A stretch of 64,000 bases of DNA from Nitrosopumilus sp. (GTDB lineage Archaea; Thermoproteota; Nitrososphaeria; Nitrososphaerales; Nitrosopumilaceae): contig OZ244651.1 in assembly GCA_965218695.1 (NCBI GenBank), positions 2,232,337 to 2,296,336 of the forward strand, read 5' to 3'. The translations under genes and the position numbers were made by a program. The notes under the pieces are model-generated. The model was not told the DNA's origin and did no database searches. It saw only the letters and a list, made by a program, of their open reading frames with translations. Shown here piece after piece: positions 8,533-18,148 of this stretch. Position 1 is the first letter of the stretch, and each line of letters starts with the position of its first letter.

Positions 8533-9045
8533 CTATGCGCCGGGATTCGGCGTTGCAGCTAGCGTGCCGAGGATTTTGTCAATCTCGTAAAGTGCTATCT
8601 TGTCCCGCCCGATCAGGTCAAATTTCTGCAGGATTGCTTCAAACTTTGTCTCCTCGTGGGTCTGTTCAGCCACAAACCATTCAAGAAATGTACGCGTGGA
8701 ATAATCCCCTTCCCTTTGTGCAATGGCAACCATGTTGTGAATCGCCTTGGTGACTGCCCGCTCGTTTTCCAGGGAAATTTTCATGACGGATTCTAGGGAT
8801 TCAAAGGAGCTGGCCGGTGCGTCAATGGAGAGGGGCGCGGCACAGGCCCCCATCTCATTCAGGTAGCGAATTATTTTAATCATGTGGGCTCGTTCCTCGT
8901 CGGACTGGGCATAAAAGTATGCAGCAGCGCCCCCATATCCGGTAGTCTCAGACCATGATGCCATTGCAAGATAGACGTTCGATGCAGCAGACTCGAGTCG
9001 GACCTGATTGTCCAGTGCCTGTTTCAATTCGTCAGATATTCTCAT
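8533..9045 (-). CDS. ftn: ferritin (non-haem, Ftn-like)
   Basis: LESAASNVYLAMASW...AQSDEERAHMIKII...ENERAV...FLEWFVAEQTHEE gives the ferroxidase-centre pattern. The track ORF runs to 9090, but MRISDELKQ (ATG at 9045) matches the usual ferritin N-terminus. Confidence 0.85.
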   Translation of the reverse strand: MRISDELKQALDNQVRLESAASNVYLAMASWSETTGYGGAAAYFYAQSDEERAHMIKIIRYLNEMGACAAPLSIDAPASSFESLESVMKISLENERAVTKAIHNMVAIAQREGDYSTRTFLEWFVAEQTHEETKFEAILQKFDLIGRDKIALYEIDKILGTLAATPNPGA

Positions 9046-9259
9046 GATGAATGGCGTGAAGCACTCAATTAAAAACCATTCCCAGAACAACGGGTGTGTC
9101 CTAGAGGCATAGTAGTGGCCAAAGCAATCCGATCACCCTCTGCCAATAATTCCGAAAACTACCGAGCCTCATGAAATAATTTGTCCATCCGTGCTGTGAC
9201 TGGCAGGCCTGAATGTCTCCGGGCATACATTCAGATCACAGGCATGCTCATATCCGCTC

Positions 9260-10384
9260 ATGATGACTGTTGTCAAGAAAAAGCAAGGCGCTGCCGACCC
9301 CGGCAGTCGCACAAGGACAGTTCCCGCAGCCGGACCGGCATCAGGGCAAAAGAGGCTCAAGACGGGATCCATGTTCATGCCGAACGTGAGCGAAAAGAGG
9401 CTGGTGCGGATGTGTGCAAAAGAAAAGAACAAACTGGCCAAGCTCAGGCTGCTTGCGTGCATCATGAGAAAGCAGAGCCATAGCATCAGGGAGATCTGCA
9501 GGAAGCTTGTCATGCCGTATTCCACCGTGCGCGACTGGCTGGTGCGGATGCAGGAGCGGGGATTGAGGGCCAGGTTCAACAGGGTGCGGCATGGCAGGAA
9601 AAGCAGGCTGCCCAAATCATTCCTCAGGACGGTTCGGTCGTGGCTCAAGAACAGGCCAAAAAAGTACGGGTTCGAGTCAGGCTCCTGGCAGCTCAACTTG
9701 GTGTTGGAGATGATCCGGCGGAGGTTTGGAACGGACTGCTGCTGCAAGGAACGCACGCTGCGAAGGATGCTCAAAAGGATCGGGTTCTCCTACCGAAAGG
9801 CAAGGCCGGTTCCGCCCAAGTCAGCCTCCAAAAGCGAACAAGAAGAGTTCAAGGCGGCAGCCGGCAGGAGGGCAAAGGAACTGGTCACTGAGGGGTACGA
9901 CGTGTTCGTCGAAGACGAGGCCGCAGACGGCATGTCGCAGGAACCGGGCTACGGGTGGAGGCCCAAGGGAGGACGCGACGAGATCCAGACCGGGTTCTCA
10001 AAAAAGGGTGTAAGCCTGCTTGGCATCATGGGCACGGATACCCTCTACGTCCGCATGGCAGATTCTGCAAACTCCGAGACGTTCAAGGGGTTCCTCGGGG
10101 ACGTGCGCAAGAAGCACCCGAAATTCTACATGGTCCTGGACAACGCGTCGTACCACAAGTCGCACACGGTCCGGGAATACGTGGCCGGCACAGGCGGGGA
10201 CGTGGAGATGGAATTTCTCCCGCCCCGCACGCCGCAGCTTAACCAAATTGAAAACGTCTGGAGGGACCTCAAGAAGCGCCTTGCCGGCAGGTACTTCAAA
10301 TCCACAGAGGAACTAAAGGCGGCGATAACGGCAATCCTTGAAAAAGAGATGGGCAATCGACTCGTTGGTTATCTGGTAAATTAG
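9260..10384 (+). CDS. IS630-family DDE transposase (second, diverged copy)
   Basis: 374-aa ORF with VFVEDEAAD, MVLDNASYHKS and PQLNQIENVWRDLK. A likelier start is the internal MFMPNVSEKR. A sequence near 9159-9185 (TA-CCGAGCCTCATGAAATAATTTG) resembles the left end of IS630 copy 1. I could not pair it with a right end, so the element boundaries are unresolved. Confidence 0.85.
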   Translation: MMTVVKKKQGAADPGSRTRTVPAAGPASGQKRLKTGSMFMPNVSEKRLVRMCAKEKNKLAKLRLLACIMRKQSHSIREICRKLVMPYSTVRDWLVRMQERGLRARFNRVRHGRKSRLPKSFLRTVRSWLKNRPKKYGFESGSWQLNLVLEMIRRRFGTDCCCKERTLRRMLKRIGFSYRKARPVPPKSASKSEQEEFKAAAGRRAKELVTEGYDVFVEDEAADGMSQEPGYGWRPKGGRDEIQTGFSKKGVSLLGIMGTDTLYVRMADSANSETFKGFLGDVRKKHPKFYMVLDNASYHKSHTVREYVAGTGGDVEMEFLPPRTPQLNQIENVWRDLKKRLAGRYFKSTEELKAAITAILEKEMGNRLVGYLVN

Positions 10385-10607
10385 CCACATTAGCGTGAAA
10401 ATTCATTCTTGCGTGTGAAATAATACGGATCCTTGTTTGCATGTGGCCTGATTTCTGTGCAGGCCGTGGCTTCAACCACGTCAGGTTTGACAAGATGCAT
10501 GATTATGTGGTTAATTTAGACAAAGGTGAGCGGATTGTTCTGGCCTATACTAGGCATATACCCCCGGATGACAAAAGATATGGATCGGCGGATCACGGCA
10601 TCGCCTA

Positions 10608-11570
10608 ATGACTACAAAGAAACGCGACCAACGACAGTACGATTTGGTTCAGCAGTACCTGTCGGGCCTCATGCTGAATACCGTGCTGGGAATAATCAAG
10701 AATCTTGGGGATCCGTACGCCGTCAGGCCCGGCCTGGGCGGCATGACGGCATACCCGCCTGGCGCCATGGCAGCTGTCTGCATCATGCTTGAGGCACAGC
10801 GCACGACCTACCGTAAGATGGTCGGCATCCTCCGAAACAATAGCGCCATGGCAGCCAAGATGGGCCTAGAGAAAATTCCCTCCAAGAGCACGATAGCACG
10901 CGCCTACGGCCTGATCCCGGAATGGTACCTGGCAGAGGCACACCGGATTGCCATCAGGGAGGTGGAGGCAGGCTCCCTGGCAGCAGACGGTACCGGATAC
11001 TCGTACCTGCGGTTTGTCAGGTGGTTTGACGTCAGGACCGACAGTTTTCGTACCAGAAAGGGATGGGTCAAACTGCACGCAATCGTGGACATACGCACCA
11101 GGGTGATAATCGACTGCATGGCAACTGACAGCGCAGTGGCAGACATAAACGGGCTGTACGCGATGCTCGGCAGGTTAGGCCGGGGCACCGGCGACTTTTG
11201 CCTGGATTCTGCATACCTGGCAAGGCTAATGTGCAACATGATATCTGCGATGGGAATGGTACCCCGCATCAAGCCAAAATCCAACACCATACGCAACGCC
11301 AGGGGAAGCCAGTCGTGGCGCGAGATGGTAAGCCTGTACATGGATGAACGGGACAGGTTTGACTCGGAATACCACCAGCGCAGCATCATCGAGGCAGTCT
11401 TTGCCGCCCTCAAGAAGATGTACGGGGACAGCACCAGGTGCCGAAAACACGAGAACCGGACAAGGGAGACTGCGATCCGTGTCATGTGCTACAACATCGA
11501 GCTCGTGGCCAGATTGCAGGCAAAAGACGGCAGGCTCACACAGGATCAAATCGCGACACTTGCAGCGTAA
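10608..11570 (+). CDS. IS5/IS4-superfamily DDE transposase (DDE_Tnp_1-like)
   Basis: 320-aa ORF with AADGTGYS, CLDSAYLA and YHQRSIIEAVFAALKKMYG. It is a paralogue of the ORF at 14837-15805. GTCTTGACACGCGCC at 11578-11592 resembles that element's terminus, which suggests a right end near 11592 (low confidence). Confidence 0.8.
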   Translation: MTTKKRDQRQYDLVQQYLSGLMLNTVLGIIKNLGDPYAVRPGLGGMTAYPPGAMAAVCIMLEAQRTTYRKMVGILRNNSAMAAKMGLEKIPSKSTIARAYGLIPEWYLAEAHRIAIREVEAGSLAADGTGYSYLRFVRWFDVRTDSFRTRKGWVKLHAIVDIRTRVIIDCMATDSAVADINGLYAMLGRLGRGTGDFCLDSAYLARLMCNMISAMGMVPRIKPKSNTIRNARGSQSWREMVSLYMDERDRFDSEYHQRSIIEAVFAALKKMYGDSTRCRKHENRTRETAIRVMCYNIELVARLQAKDGRLTQDQIATLAA

Positions 11571-12014
11571 CCGGCGCGTCTTGACACGCGCCTCCTAGCG
11601 GAGCCTCCGCACAGTGTCTTGGATTTGGGGGATTTTATGGGTTGTGGAGGATCGATGGTGCGGCACTGTTGGCGTCGACGGGTTCTGGCACCAATCGTGT
11701 CTTTGGCATTCTGGTACATGGGATGGCATTTTTTATTACTAGGACACACCCCAGAACAACCGGACACGTGTTTCGGCCCAGCACAAGGATTCATTGTGCA
11801 AAAATTTGAACCGGTTAGAATCAACGGTAGTGTGAAAGAAGTCATGCATGGTGGCCATTGAAGGCCGGTATTTCACTATTGGAAATAGCCCAAAACGGAT
11901 CATCACGCTTGTGCTTTATCTCGTCTTCTTGTCACTCATGCCTCATCCCTTGACACATTCCAAAAGCGTGCAATGCCGAGCGTTGCCATTCTAGCGGAGA
12001 TTATCCCACACACA

Positions 12015-13037
12015 TTATGCAATTTTTTTAGAGTTCACAAAGACGCCCTTGCGGGATGTGACCCTGCCTATCTCATGGCTTGAGATCCCGTGTTCCTTGA
12101 AGATCGACATGATGCCTGCGGCCTGATCTCCGGGCGCAATCACGCAAAACCCCACGCCCATGTTAAACGTCCTGTACATCTCCTCTGGCTCCACCCCCTG
12201 CTCCTCTATGAGCCTCATGATGGGAGGCATCTCCGGCAGGGAGTCTATCTCATAGCCTGTGTCCTTGAGGCGCAGCAGCTTGGTAAACGAGCCACCCGTT
12301 ATGTGTGCCAGTCCGTCCACTTGGCACTTTTGAACGATCTCAAGAACGGACTTGGTGTATATTGCAGTGGGCTCCAAAAGCGCATCCCCTATGGTTCCAA
12401 CCCCCTTGATGCTGTCTGTTATGGAGTACTTTGGAAAGAGTGCCTTTCTTGCAAGCGAGTAGCCGTTTGAATGAATTCCCGTGCTGCCTGCCCCTATGAT
12501 CACATCGCCTGGCGCTATCCTGTCTCCCAGTATCATCTGGTCCTTCTCAACCAGCCCCACCACCATTCCGGCCAGATCGAATGCAAAACCGTCACCATTA
12601 ATCACATCAGGCATTATCGCAGTCTCCCCGCCGACAATCGGCACTGCTGATCTCTCTGCCCCCTTGACCAGCCCCTCCATAATCTCCCGGATAATGCGTT
12701 GGTCGTTTCTGTTTGCTGCGATATAGTCCACAAAGGATATCGGCGTCGCGCCGATGCATATCACGTCGTTGACATTCATTGCGATGCAGTCAATGCCTAT
12801 TGTATCATACCTGTCCATCATGCCTGCGATCATCACCTTGGTTCCAACGCCGTCAGTATGCGTGGCCAAAAGGGTGCCGCCTGCAATCTCCACAACCCCG
12901 GCATAGTGTCCAAAGCCGTGGGCGATCCTTACCTTACTTTGAAGATTGTGCGTTGATGCAATCATCCGGCCAATCTCGGTCTGACTCTGCTTGATCTGGG
13001 AGATGTCCACGCCTGCATTCTTGTATGTCAGCGGCAT
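12015..13037 (-). CDS. purM: phosphoribosylformylglycinamidine cyclo-ligase (AIR synthetase)
   Basis: 340-aa ORF with YKNAGVDI, THTDGVGTKV and GIDCIAMNVNDVICIGA. Confidence 0.92.
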   Translation of the reverse strand: MPLTYKNAGVDISQIKQSQTEIGRMIASTHNLQSKVRIAHGFGHYAGVVEIAGGTLLATHTDGVGTKVMIAGMMDRYDTIGIDCIAMNVNDVICIGATPISFVDYIAANRNDQRIIREIMEGLVKGAERSAVPIVGGETAIMPDVINGDGFAFDLAGMVVGLVEKDQMILGDRIAPGDVIIGAGSTGIHSNGYSLARKALFPKYSITDSIKGVGTIGDALLEPTAIYTKSVLEIVQKCQVDGLAHITGGSFTKLLRLKDTGYEIDSLPEMPPIMRLIEEQGVEPEEMYRTFNMGVGFCVIAPGDQAAGIMSIFKEHGISSHEIGRVTSRKGVFVNSKKIA

Positions 13038-13059
13038 GATGAGGTGCCTGTCTTCTTTG

Positions 13060-13066
13060 AATAAAA
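13060..13066 (-). promoter_or_regulatory. TATA-like box of purM
   Basis: The minus strand reads TTTTATT, 23-29 nt upstream of the ATG at 13037. The IS end lies only about 15 nt further upstream. Confidence 0.4.
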
Positions 13067-13376
13067 GAATTTGCGTGGACTCAGTTAACGCAGAAGTAGC
13101 AACAATTTAGTGCATGATTGGATAGAATGCCTATTCCAATACCCATGTTGAAAGCCTCAAACATGCCAATGTCTTGTCCTGCCTGCATGATCTAGATGCA
13201 TGGCGTGGGCATGGCGGTACCGGGTGTCGGTGGCCGTGCCCATGGGCAAAAGACAAACATTCAGTGGCACGCTGGATACGTTTGAAGGCAAAACGCAGTA
13301 CTGCGTCCGGTTCTTCGGAATGGCTACGCACCGTCCGTCCGTCCGTCCATTCCTGCAAGAGACGGCCCTGCGGAAT

Positions 13377-14639
13377 CTACTTCAGGGGTGGCAGGGTGCC
13401 TTGGATGCGGCGGCCGGCCGCGCATCCGGCAGCGTGGCAGATGCAGCACGGATCCGGCGGCTTGTGCCTGGCAAGATCCCGGGGAATGGTCATCAGCAAA
13501 AGGATTGCCTTCATGTCAATCTGCCTCATTGTCAAATACACCCCGCTGCCGCCTGACATGCCCGGATTGCGTGTCAGCTCGGCATTTGCCAGAACCCACA
13601 CGTTGTACAGGATCATCGAGTAGAGAAAACAGAACAGCCGTGCGGTACTGGAGGTACTGCGCGTCCTTACCCTTTGGCTCTCCACCATCCTGTATCCCGT
13701 TTCTATGACCCACCTCTTGGAGTACAGGTCTGGCTTGATTCCGGGCACGCTTGTGGCAAACGCGATGTATTCCTCCTCGGGCTTTTTGCCGCCTGATTTC
13801 CTGCTTTTTCTTTTGCGTTTTGTTATTATCATGGTGTATTCCTCGTAGTCGTTCTTGGTCTTTGCTATGCGGAACCTGGACACTGCCATGCGCTCCCCGC
13901 GATCAAACTGCGCGATGGCCCGGATCACGTTGGTCGTGTTGACGCATGGCATGAGAAAGTCCACGCCCGTCTCATGCAGTGTCCGGATGACGTCGGTGGA
14001 AAAGAATTCGCGGTCAAGCATGGCAACCCCGATTCTGACCCTGTTGTCCCTGCACGTTTTGATGATCCGCCGTACAAAATCAGAGGCGTCTTCAAGGGCG
14101 GGCATGTGAATCACGCCAAGCGCAAGGTTCATCCTCCTGTTGACGCACTGCGCCGTGACGTAGCGCTCAAAACTGCCCGTCTTGCCCTTGCTCTTTGAGC
14201 GCACTACGTCTTCGTTGTGGTTGGAGTCCCAGCGGGGTATCAGGTGCATGTCTATGGCCACGTCCATCTTCCTGCCTGCAAGCATGCCCAGCTCCTGCAA
14301 CCTGTCCAGCTGGACGCCTATCTTTTCGTTAAACGCCTTGATCAGCTGATCCCTCTTGATCCTGGATATCGTGTCCCGGATCCACTCGCCGCTGACGGCC
14401 CGGCGGTGGGATTTTTTCAGCCCCGACAGGAAGGTCGTGGCATTGCGCATGGCAGACGCGTATCCAAAGGCCGAGACGCCAAGCAGCGCAGCTGCCACCA
14501 TGACCCTGTGAAAATCGGCCGGCCCGTACGTGGTGTTGTGCCTTTTGGGGGGCGGAATTCCGGGATCAAACGTCTCCGATACCCCGTCCATGACCGGCCC
14601 GCCCATCATGGCCGGATTGTTTTTCAGGGAACGCCGCAT
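13377..14639 (-). CDS. IS4-family (ISH8-like) DDE transposase, 5' region interrupted by the nested IS
   Basis: 420-aa ORF with DVAIDMHLIPRW, AMLDREFFS and YSKRWVIETGYRMVE. The reading frame continues in frame across the nested IS into 15889-15968. Confidence 0.8.
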   Translation of the reverse strand: MRRSLKNNPAMMGGPVMDGVSETFDPGIPPPKRHNTTYGPADFHRVMVAAALLGVSAFGYASAMRNATTFLSGLKKSHRRAVSGEWIRDTISRIKRDQLIKAFNEKIGVQLDRLQELGMLAGRKMDVAIDMHLIPRWDSNHNEDVVRSKSKGKTGSFERYVTAQCVNRRMNLALGVIHMPALEDASDFVRRIIKTCRDNRVRIGVAMLDREFFSTDVIRTLHETGVDFLMPCVNTTNVIRAIAQFDRGERMAVSRFRIAKTKNDYEEYTMIITKRKRKSRKSGGKKPEEEYIAFATSVPGIKPDLYSKRWVIETGYRMVESQRVRTRSTSSTARLFCFLYSMILYNVWVLANAELTRNPGMSGGSGVYLTMRQIDMKAILLLMTIPRDLARHKPPDPCCICHAAGCAAGRRIQGTLPPLK

Positions 14640-15888
14640 GCGGGGCGTTGTCCACCTTTTGATAATCCTGCTCTATTTCACACTATTTTTGGTTCATTTT
14701 GGCATCCCAAACCTGGACTCTGAAGGGGTTTCTGGTGTCGGCAGGCTTGCGGTTGGTCGTTTTTGAGCCGTTTTCATCTAGTGGTGCATGGCATCCGCTG
14801 GAACCGGAAACCGGCATTCTGCCCCTACCGGGACCCCTATGCTATCAGGTTGTAGCAGATGCTTCGCAGGATTATCTGGAGTCTCTGCATGGGAAACGTC
14901 TTTGCGGCCACGACGGAACCGAACCTCTCCTTCATGGATGAGAACACGGACTCGACAAGACTGCGCTGGTGGTACACCTTCTCGAACCCTTCCCGATCCC
15001 GCCTGAACCAGCGGAGCATCTCTGCCCTGGGATTGAAGCCCTTTGCGGTGTGGTTCTTGCGGGGCCAGATCACCGGTTTTCTGCCGCTGTCGTAGATCAT
15101 CTTGCAGTTTGCGTGCGCGTCATACGCCGAATCCAGCATGACGTGCCCGTCGCCGTCTGGCGTGCGGGCAAACATCTTCCGGAATATCGGCGAGTCGTGG
15201 GCAAGTCCGGGCGTCACCATGCATGCGGCGATCCTTCCGTGCGGGGCTACCAGTATGTGCAGCTTGACGAACTGACGCCTGGGTATGATGCCCTTCTTGG
15301 CATCCTCCCAGTCGGCGTAGATGTTGATGGAAAATCCGCTTGCGTCCCCAAGGAGCGGACCGTGAGCGTCACTCCCTGCCTGTCCCAGGATCACTTCCAT
15401 CAGAATCTTCTGCTTTTCTGCCAGCCTCTTGGCTGCCGCATGCAGGCACGATTTGGACGGAACGGCTTTTAAGCCGCAGACGTGCAGTGAACCTGGGTTT
15501 GCCTCGAGGTACGAGACGTGTTCCCGGTACGAGTTGCCGCGAAACTCCTTGTCCATGAGGCAGATCAAGTAGGAGATCATGCGCCGGTCCTTGTCGGACT
15601 TGGGCTTGCAGATCTCGTACAGGATGGTGGTAAGGGCAAGGATTCCGATTGACACTCGTTTCCCCTCCCCACTCCTTCGCATCTCGTATTTTTTGCTGTA
15701 GCCTTTCGGGCGCACCCATTTCTTCTTGTCTTCCTTGTCTCTGTTCTTTGCTTTCCTCTTTTTTCTATTGGAATTCATTAATTGTGGGCAGGATCGGTGA
15801 TCCAAAACTTTTCGGATGTCTGACGCTAATGATCTTTAAGCGTAACGCTGCTTTTTTGAGGAAGATGTGGACAACGCCCCGCATGCGG
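14634..15888 (-). mobile_element. IS5/IS4-type insertion sequence nested in the ISH8-like element
   Basis: A perfect 22-bp inverted repeat CCGCATGCGGGGCGTTGTCCAC at 14634-14655 pairs with its reverse complement at 15867-15888. The outer 10 nt are themselves palindromic, so the split between TIR and TSD (for example GCATGC) is ambiguous. Confidence 0.85.
14837..15805 (-). CDS. IS5/IS4-superfamily DDE transposase
   Basis: 322-aa ORF with GDASGFS, MLDSAYDAH and YHQRSLVESVFSSMKERFG. Confidence 0.85.
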   Translation of the reverse strand: MDHRSCPQLMNSNRKKRKAKNRDKEDKKKWVRPKGYSKKYEMRRSGEGKRVSIGILALTTILYEICKPKSDKDRRMISYLICLMDKEFRGNSYREHVSYLEANPGSLHVCGLKAVPSKSCLHAAAKRLAEKQKILMEVILGQAGSDAHGPLLGDASGFSINIYADWEDAKKGIIPRRQFVKLHILVAPHGRIAACMVTPGLAHDSPIFRKMFARTPDGDGHVMLDSAYDAHANCKMIYDSGRKPVIWPRKNHTAKGFNPRAEMLRWFRRDREGFEKVYHQRSLVESVFSSMKERFGSVVAAKTFPMQRLQIILRSICYNLIA

Positions 15889-16358
15889 TTCTGCGGGCCG
15901 GGCATGGCAGTCACTTCGGGTTTCGCCGCCTGCCTGATGCAGCGCCGTTTCCGGCAGCAGCCGTGCAAACCTTAAATCCCAATTCCGTGAATCCGATATG
16001 GTGTGTGAGCCCGTTCATGGTGGTTCATTGACGGGTACTCTCACTCCATTCTTTTAAGCTGCAATGACATGTAATTTGCACCTGCCGGCAGCTATTTTTG
16101 GCAACGCCTGCAGATTCAGTGCGGATGCGCACGAGATGGCGCGGGCGTGTCCTGCATGTCAGGCAGGATCTTTTACTTCTGTGTTAACTGGGACTGGCTC
16201 TCCTGAGTCTGGATGGTTTTAGTTGACTGTGATGGAAGAGTGGCAAATGCCGTTAGAACTGGAGTTACTGTTCTGGATTTTAGGCATATTGCCCATCACA
16301 GTCACTAGTACCAAGATGCTAATCTAATATATTTAATGCGGGGGAATACACGCATGGT

Positions 16359-16775
16359 ATGGCCACAATTGACGTCGAAGTGGAGATCAACGCCACGCCC
16401 GATGCAGTATGGGAGATAGTCTCGGATGTGGACTCTGAGCCAAGATTTTGGAAGGGAACAAAGGAGATCAGAAACATATCCAAGGAGGGAGACAAGATTC
16501 ACAGGGAGATTACGATCGCATTCAGGGATCAAAAATGCCTGCAGGACGTTCAGATGTACCCCAAGGAGAGGATCGAGGCAAGATTTGTCAAGGGCATCAT
16601 CGACGGGGACAAGACGATACTGCTGGTGCCAAGAGGCGACAACACCATACTCCGCACCACATGGAACATAAGGCTGACAGGCATGATGGGGATATTTACA
16701 GGCATGATTAAAAGCCACATCAAGAGCGGAACCGAGCAGGCCATGCACAGCATCAAGGCTGAAATCGAGAGATGA
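16359..16775 (+). CDS. SRPBCC (START/polyketide-cyclase-like) ligand-binding protein
   Basis: 138-aa ORF. The N-terminal IDVEVEINATPDAVWEIVSDVDSEPRFW is typical of the SRPBCC fold. Confidence 0.7.
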   Translation: MATIDVEVEINATPDAVWEIVSDVDSEPRFWKGTKEIRNISKEGDKIHREITIAFRDQKCLQDVQMYPKERIEARFVKGIIDGDKTILLVPRGDNTILRTTWNIRLTGMMGIFTGMIKSHIKSGTEQAMHSIKAEIER

Positions 16776-16778
16776 TTC

Positions 16779-17993
16779 ATGGATCCGGTAGCTGACATCC
16801 TCAACTATCTGCTGGCCGCGATTCTTGTTGGGGTATGCGGGGCATGGGTGTTTCTCATCAAATCAATGACGAACTCATTCAGGCTGACCCCGTACCTTGA
16901 CAGGTTTACAGACACCTCAAAGTCACGCCCCCGGGTATCTGTAATAATTCCTGCAAGAAACGAGGAGGGATTTGTCGGAAGATGCCTGGAGTCCCTTGCC
17001 ATCCAGGATTATGAGGATTACGAGATAATTGTAATCGACGACTCGTCTGAGGATGGCACATGGGACATAATCTCAGAGTTTGCCCAGAGATACCCCAATG
17101 TGGTCCCGGTCTCTGCAAGGCCCAAGCCAGAGGGGTGGATGGGAAAGAACTGGGCATGCATGGAAGGATACAGGAAGGCCACAGGGGATCTTTTGCTGTT
17201 TACGGACGCAGATACAAGACACTCCAAAAAGGTGATATCGATGGCAGCAGCCCACCTAATCTCGTCTGACCTGGATGCCCTGTCGGTAATTCCAAGGATG
17301 CTGACGCTGGATGTCTGGACTAGGATCACGCTTCCGATGATCTCGACGTTTCTGCATACCCGGTTTTCTGCATTGAACGTGAACAATCCGGCAAAGAAGA
17401 CAGGCTACTTTTTTGGAAGCTTTTTCATACTTTGGAGGAAGACCTACGAGGGCATAGGGACGCACGAGGGGGTAAGGCAGGAGATAATCGAGGACGGCGC
17501 CCTTGGCAGGAAGGCAAAGGAGATGGGACACAAAATAAGGATGGTGAGGGGGGAGCACCTGATAGAGGCAATCTGGGCCAGGGACAGGGGCACGCTGTGG
17601 AACGCCCTGAAGAGACTGATGGTTCCCCTGTATCTCCAGGACGGACGGATGGCAGTGGGGATATTTGTCGCAGTCACATTTTTGCTGTTTGTGCCGTTTC
17701 CAGTATTCGCCGCGTCAGTAGCGTCCATGCAGGATGCCACGTCAGCAGGCGTGCTGTGTGCGGCGGCAGGAGCCGCATCCCTGCTGATCCACATCGGGGC
17801 GCTGATTGAGACAAGGGTCGGACTCGGACTGAGATCCGTCTATGCGCTGGCTGCGCCTCTGGGGGGACTGGTAGTCACGCTGGGTTTCCTAAGCGGCCTG
17901 CTTCAGGCAAACAGTTCGTCTTCCGTGACATGGAGGGGAAGAAGCTACTCCAAGACGGATCACAGCCAGGCACAGTCAGGAGTACGCATCTAA
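16779..17993 (+). CDS. family-2 glycosyltransferase, membrane-bound
   Basis: 404-aa ORF with VSVIIPARNEE, IIVIDDSSEDGT and FTDADT (DxD), plus N- and C-terminal TM helices. It starts 4 nt after the SRPBCC gene. Confidence 0.8.
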   Translation: MDPVADILNYLLAAILVGVCGAWVFLIKSMTNSFRLTPYLDRFTDTSKSRPRVSVIIPARNEEGFVGRCLESLAIQDYEDYEIIVIDDSSEDGTWDIISEFAQRYPNVVPVSARPKPEGWMGKNWACMEGYRKATGDLLLFTDADTRHSKKVISMAAAHLISSDLDALSVIPRMLTLDVWTRITLPMISTFLHTRFSALNVNNPAKKTGYFFGSFFILWRKTYEGIGTHEGVRQEIIEDGALGRKAKEMGHKIRMVRGEHLIEAIWARDRGTLWNALKRLMVPLYLQDGRMAVGIFVAVTFLLFVPFPVFAASVASMQDATSAGVLCAAAGAASLLIHIGALIETRVGLGLRSVYALAAPLGGLVVTLGFLSGLLQANSSSSVTWRGRSYSKTDHSQAQSGVRI

Positions 17994-18148
17994 AAATTAA
18001 GGCAGGAGTCCTGCCCGCACCCACATGCGCAGGTAAACGTGTGTCCGTGCATGGCATATCGGATTCGGCGTGTTGTTTTGACCAGAGAGCCTGCCAGAAG
18101 AATCCAACAACATAAGCCTTTTAGATAGAAAACCGATCCAAAGACCAC

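Larger units (their letters stand above)
13082..16190 (-). mobile_element. ISH8-like IS4-family element carrying a nested IS
   Basis: TIR CAGTTAACGCAGAAGTA (13082-13098) matches the reverse complement of 16174-16190 (CAGTTAACACAGAAGTA) at 16 of 17. It is flanked by the 5-bp direct repeat GGACT (13077-13081 and 16191-16195). Confidence 0.8.

Noticed and set aside
9100-10530. Attempt to define TIRs and the TA duplication for the second IS630 copy, and termini for the IS5-like element at 10608
   Set aside because: Only weak one-sided similarities to the ends of their paralogues were found (9161-9185; 11578-11592). No matching partner end could be aligned by eye, so I do not give exact element coordinates.
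11594-11999. CTAGCGGAG occurs twice (11594-11602 and 11991-11999), flanking a 400-bp gene-poor stretch
   Set aside because: A 9-mer direct repeat at this distance is compatible with chance. No TIRs or ORF support an element.
13331-13348. Short tetranucleotide runs: (CCGT)4 here and GTCG/GCCG repeats at 29355-29376
   Set aside because: They are too short and too simple to carry meaning, and are probably chance or slippage products in non-coding DNA.
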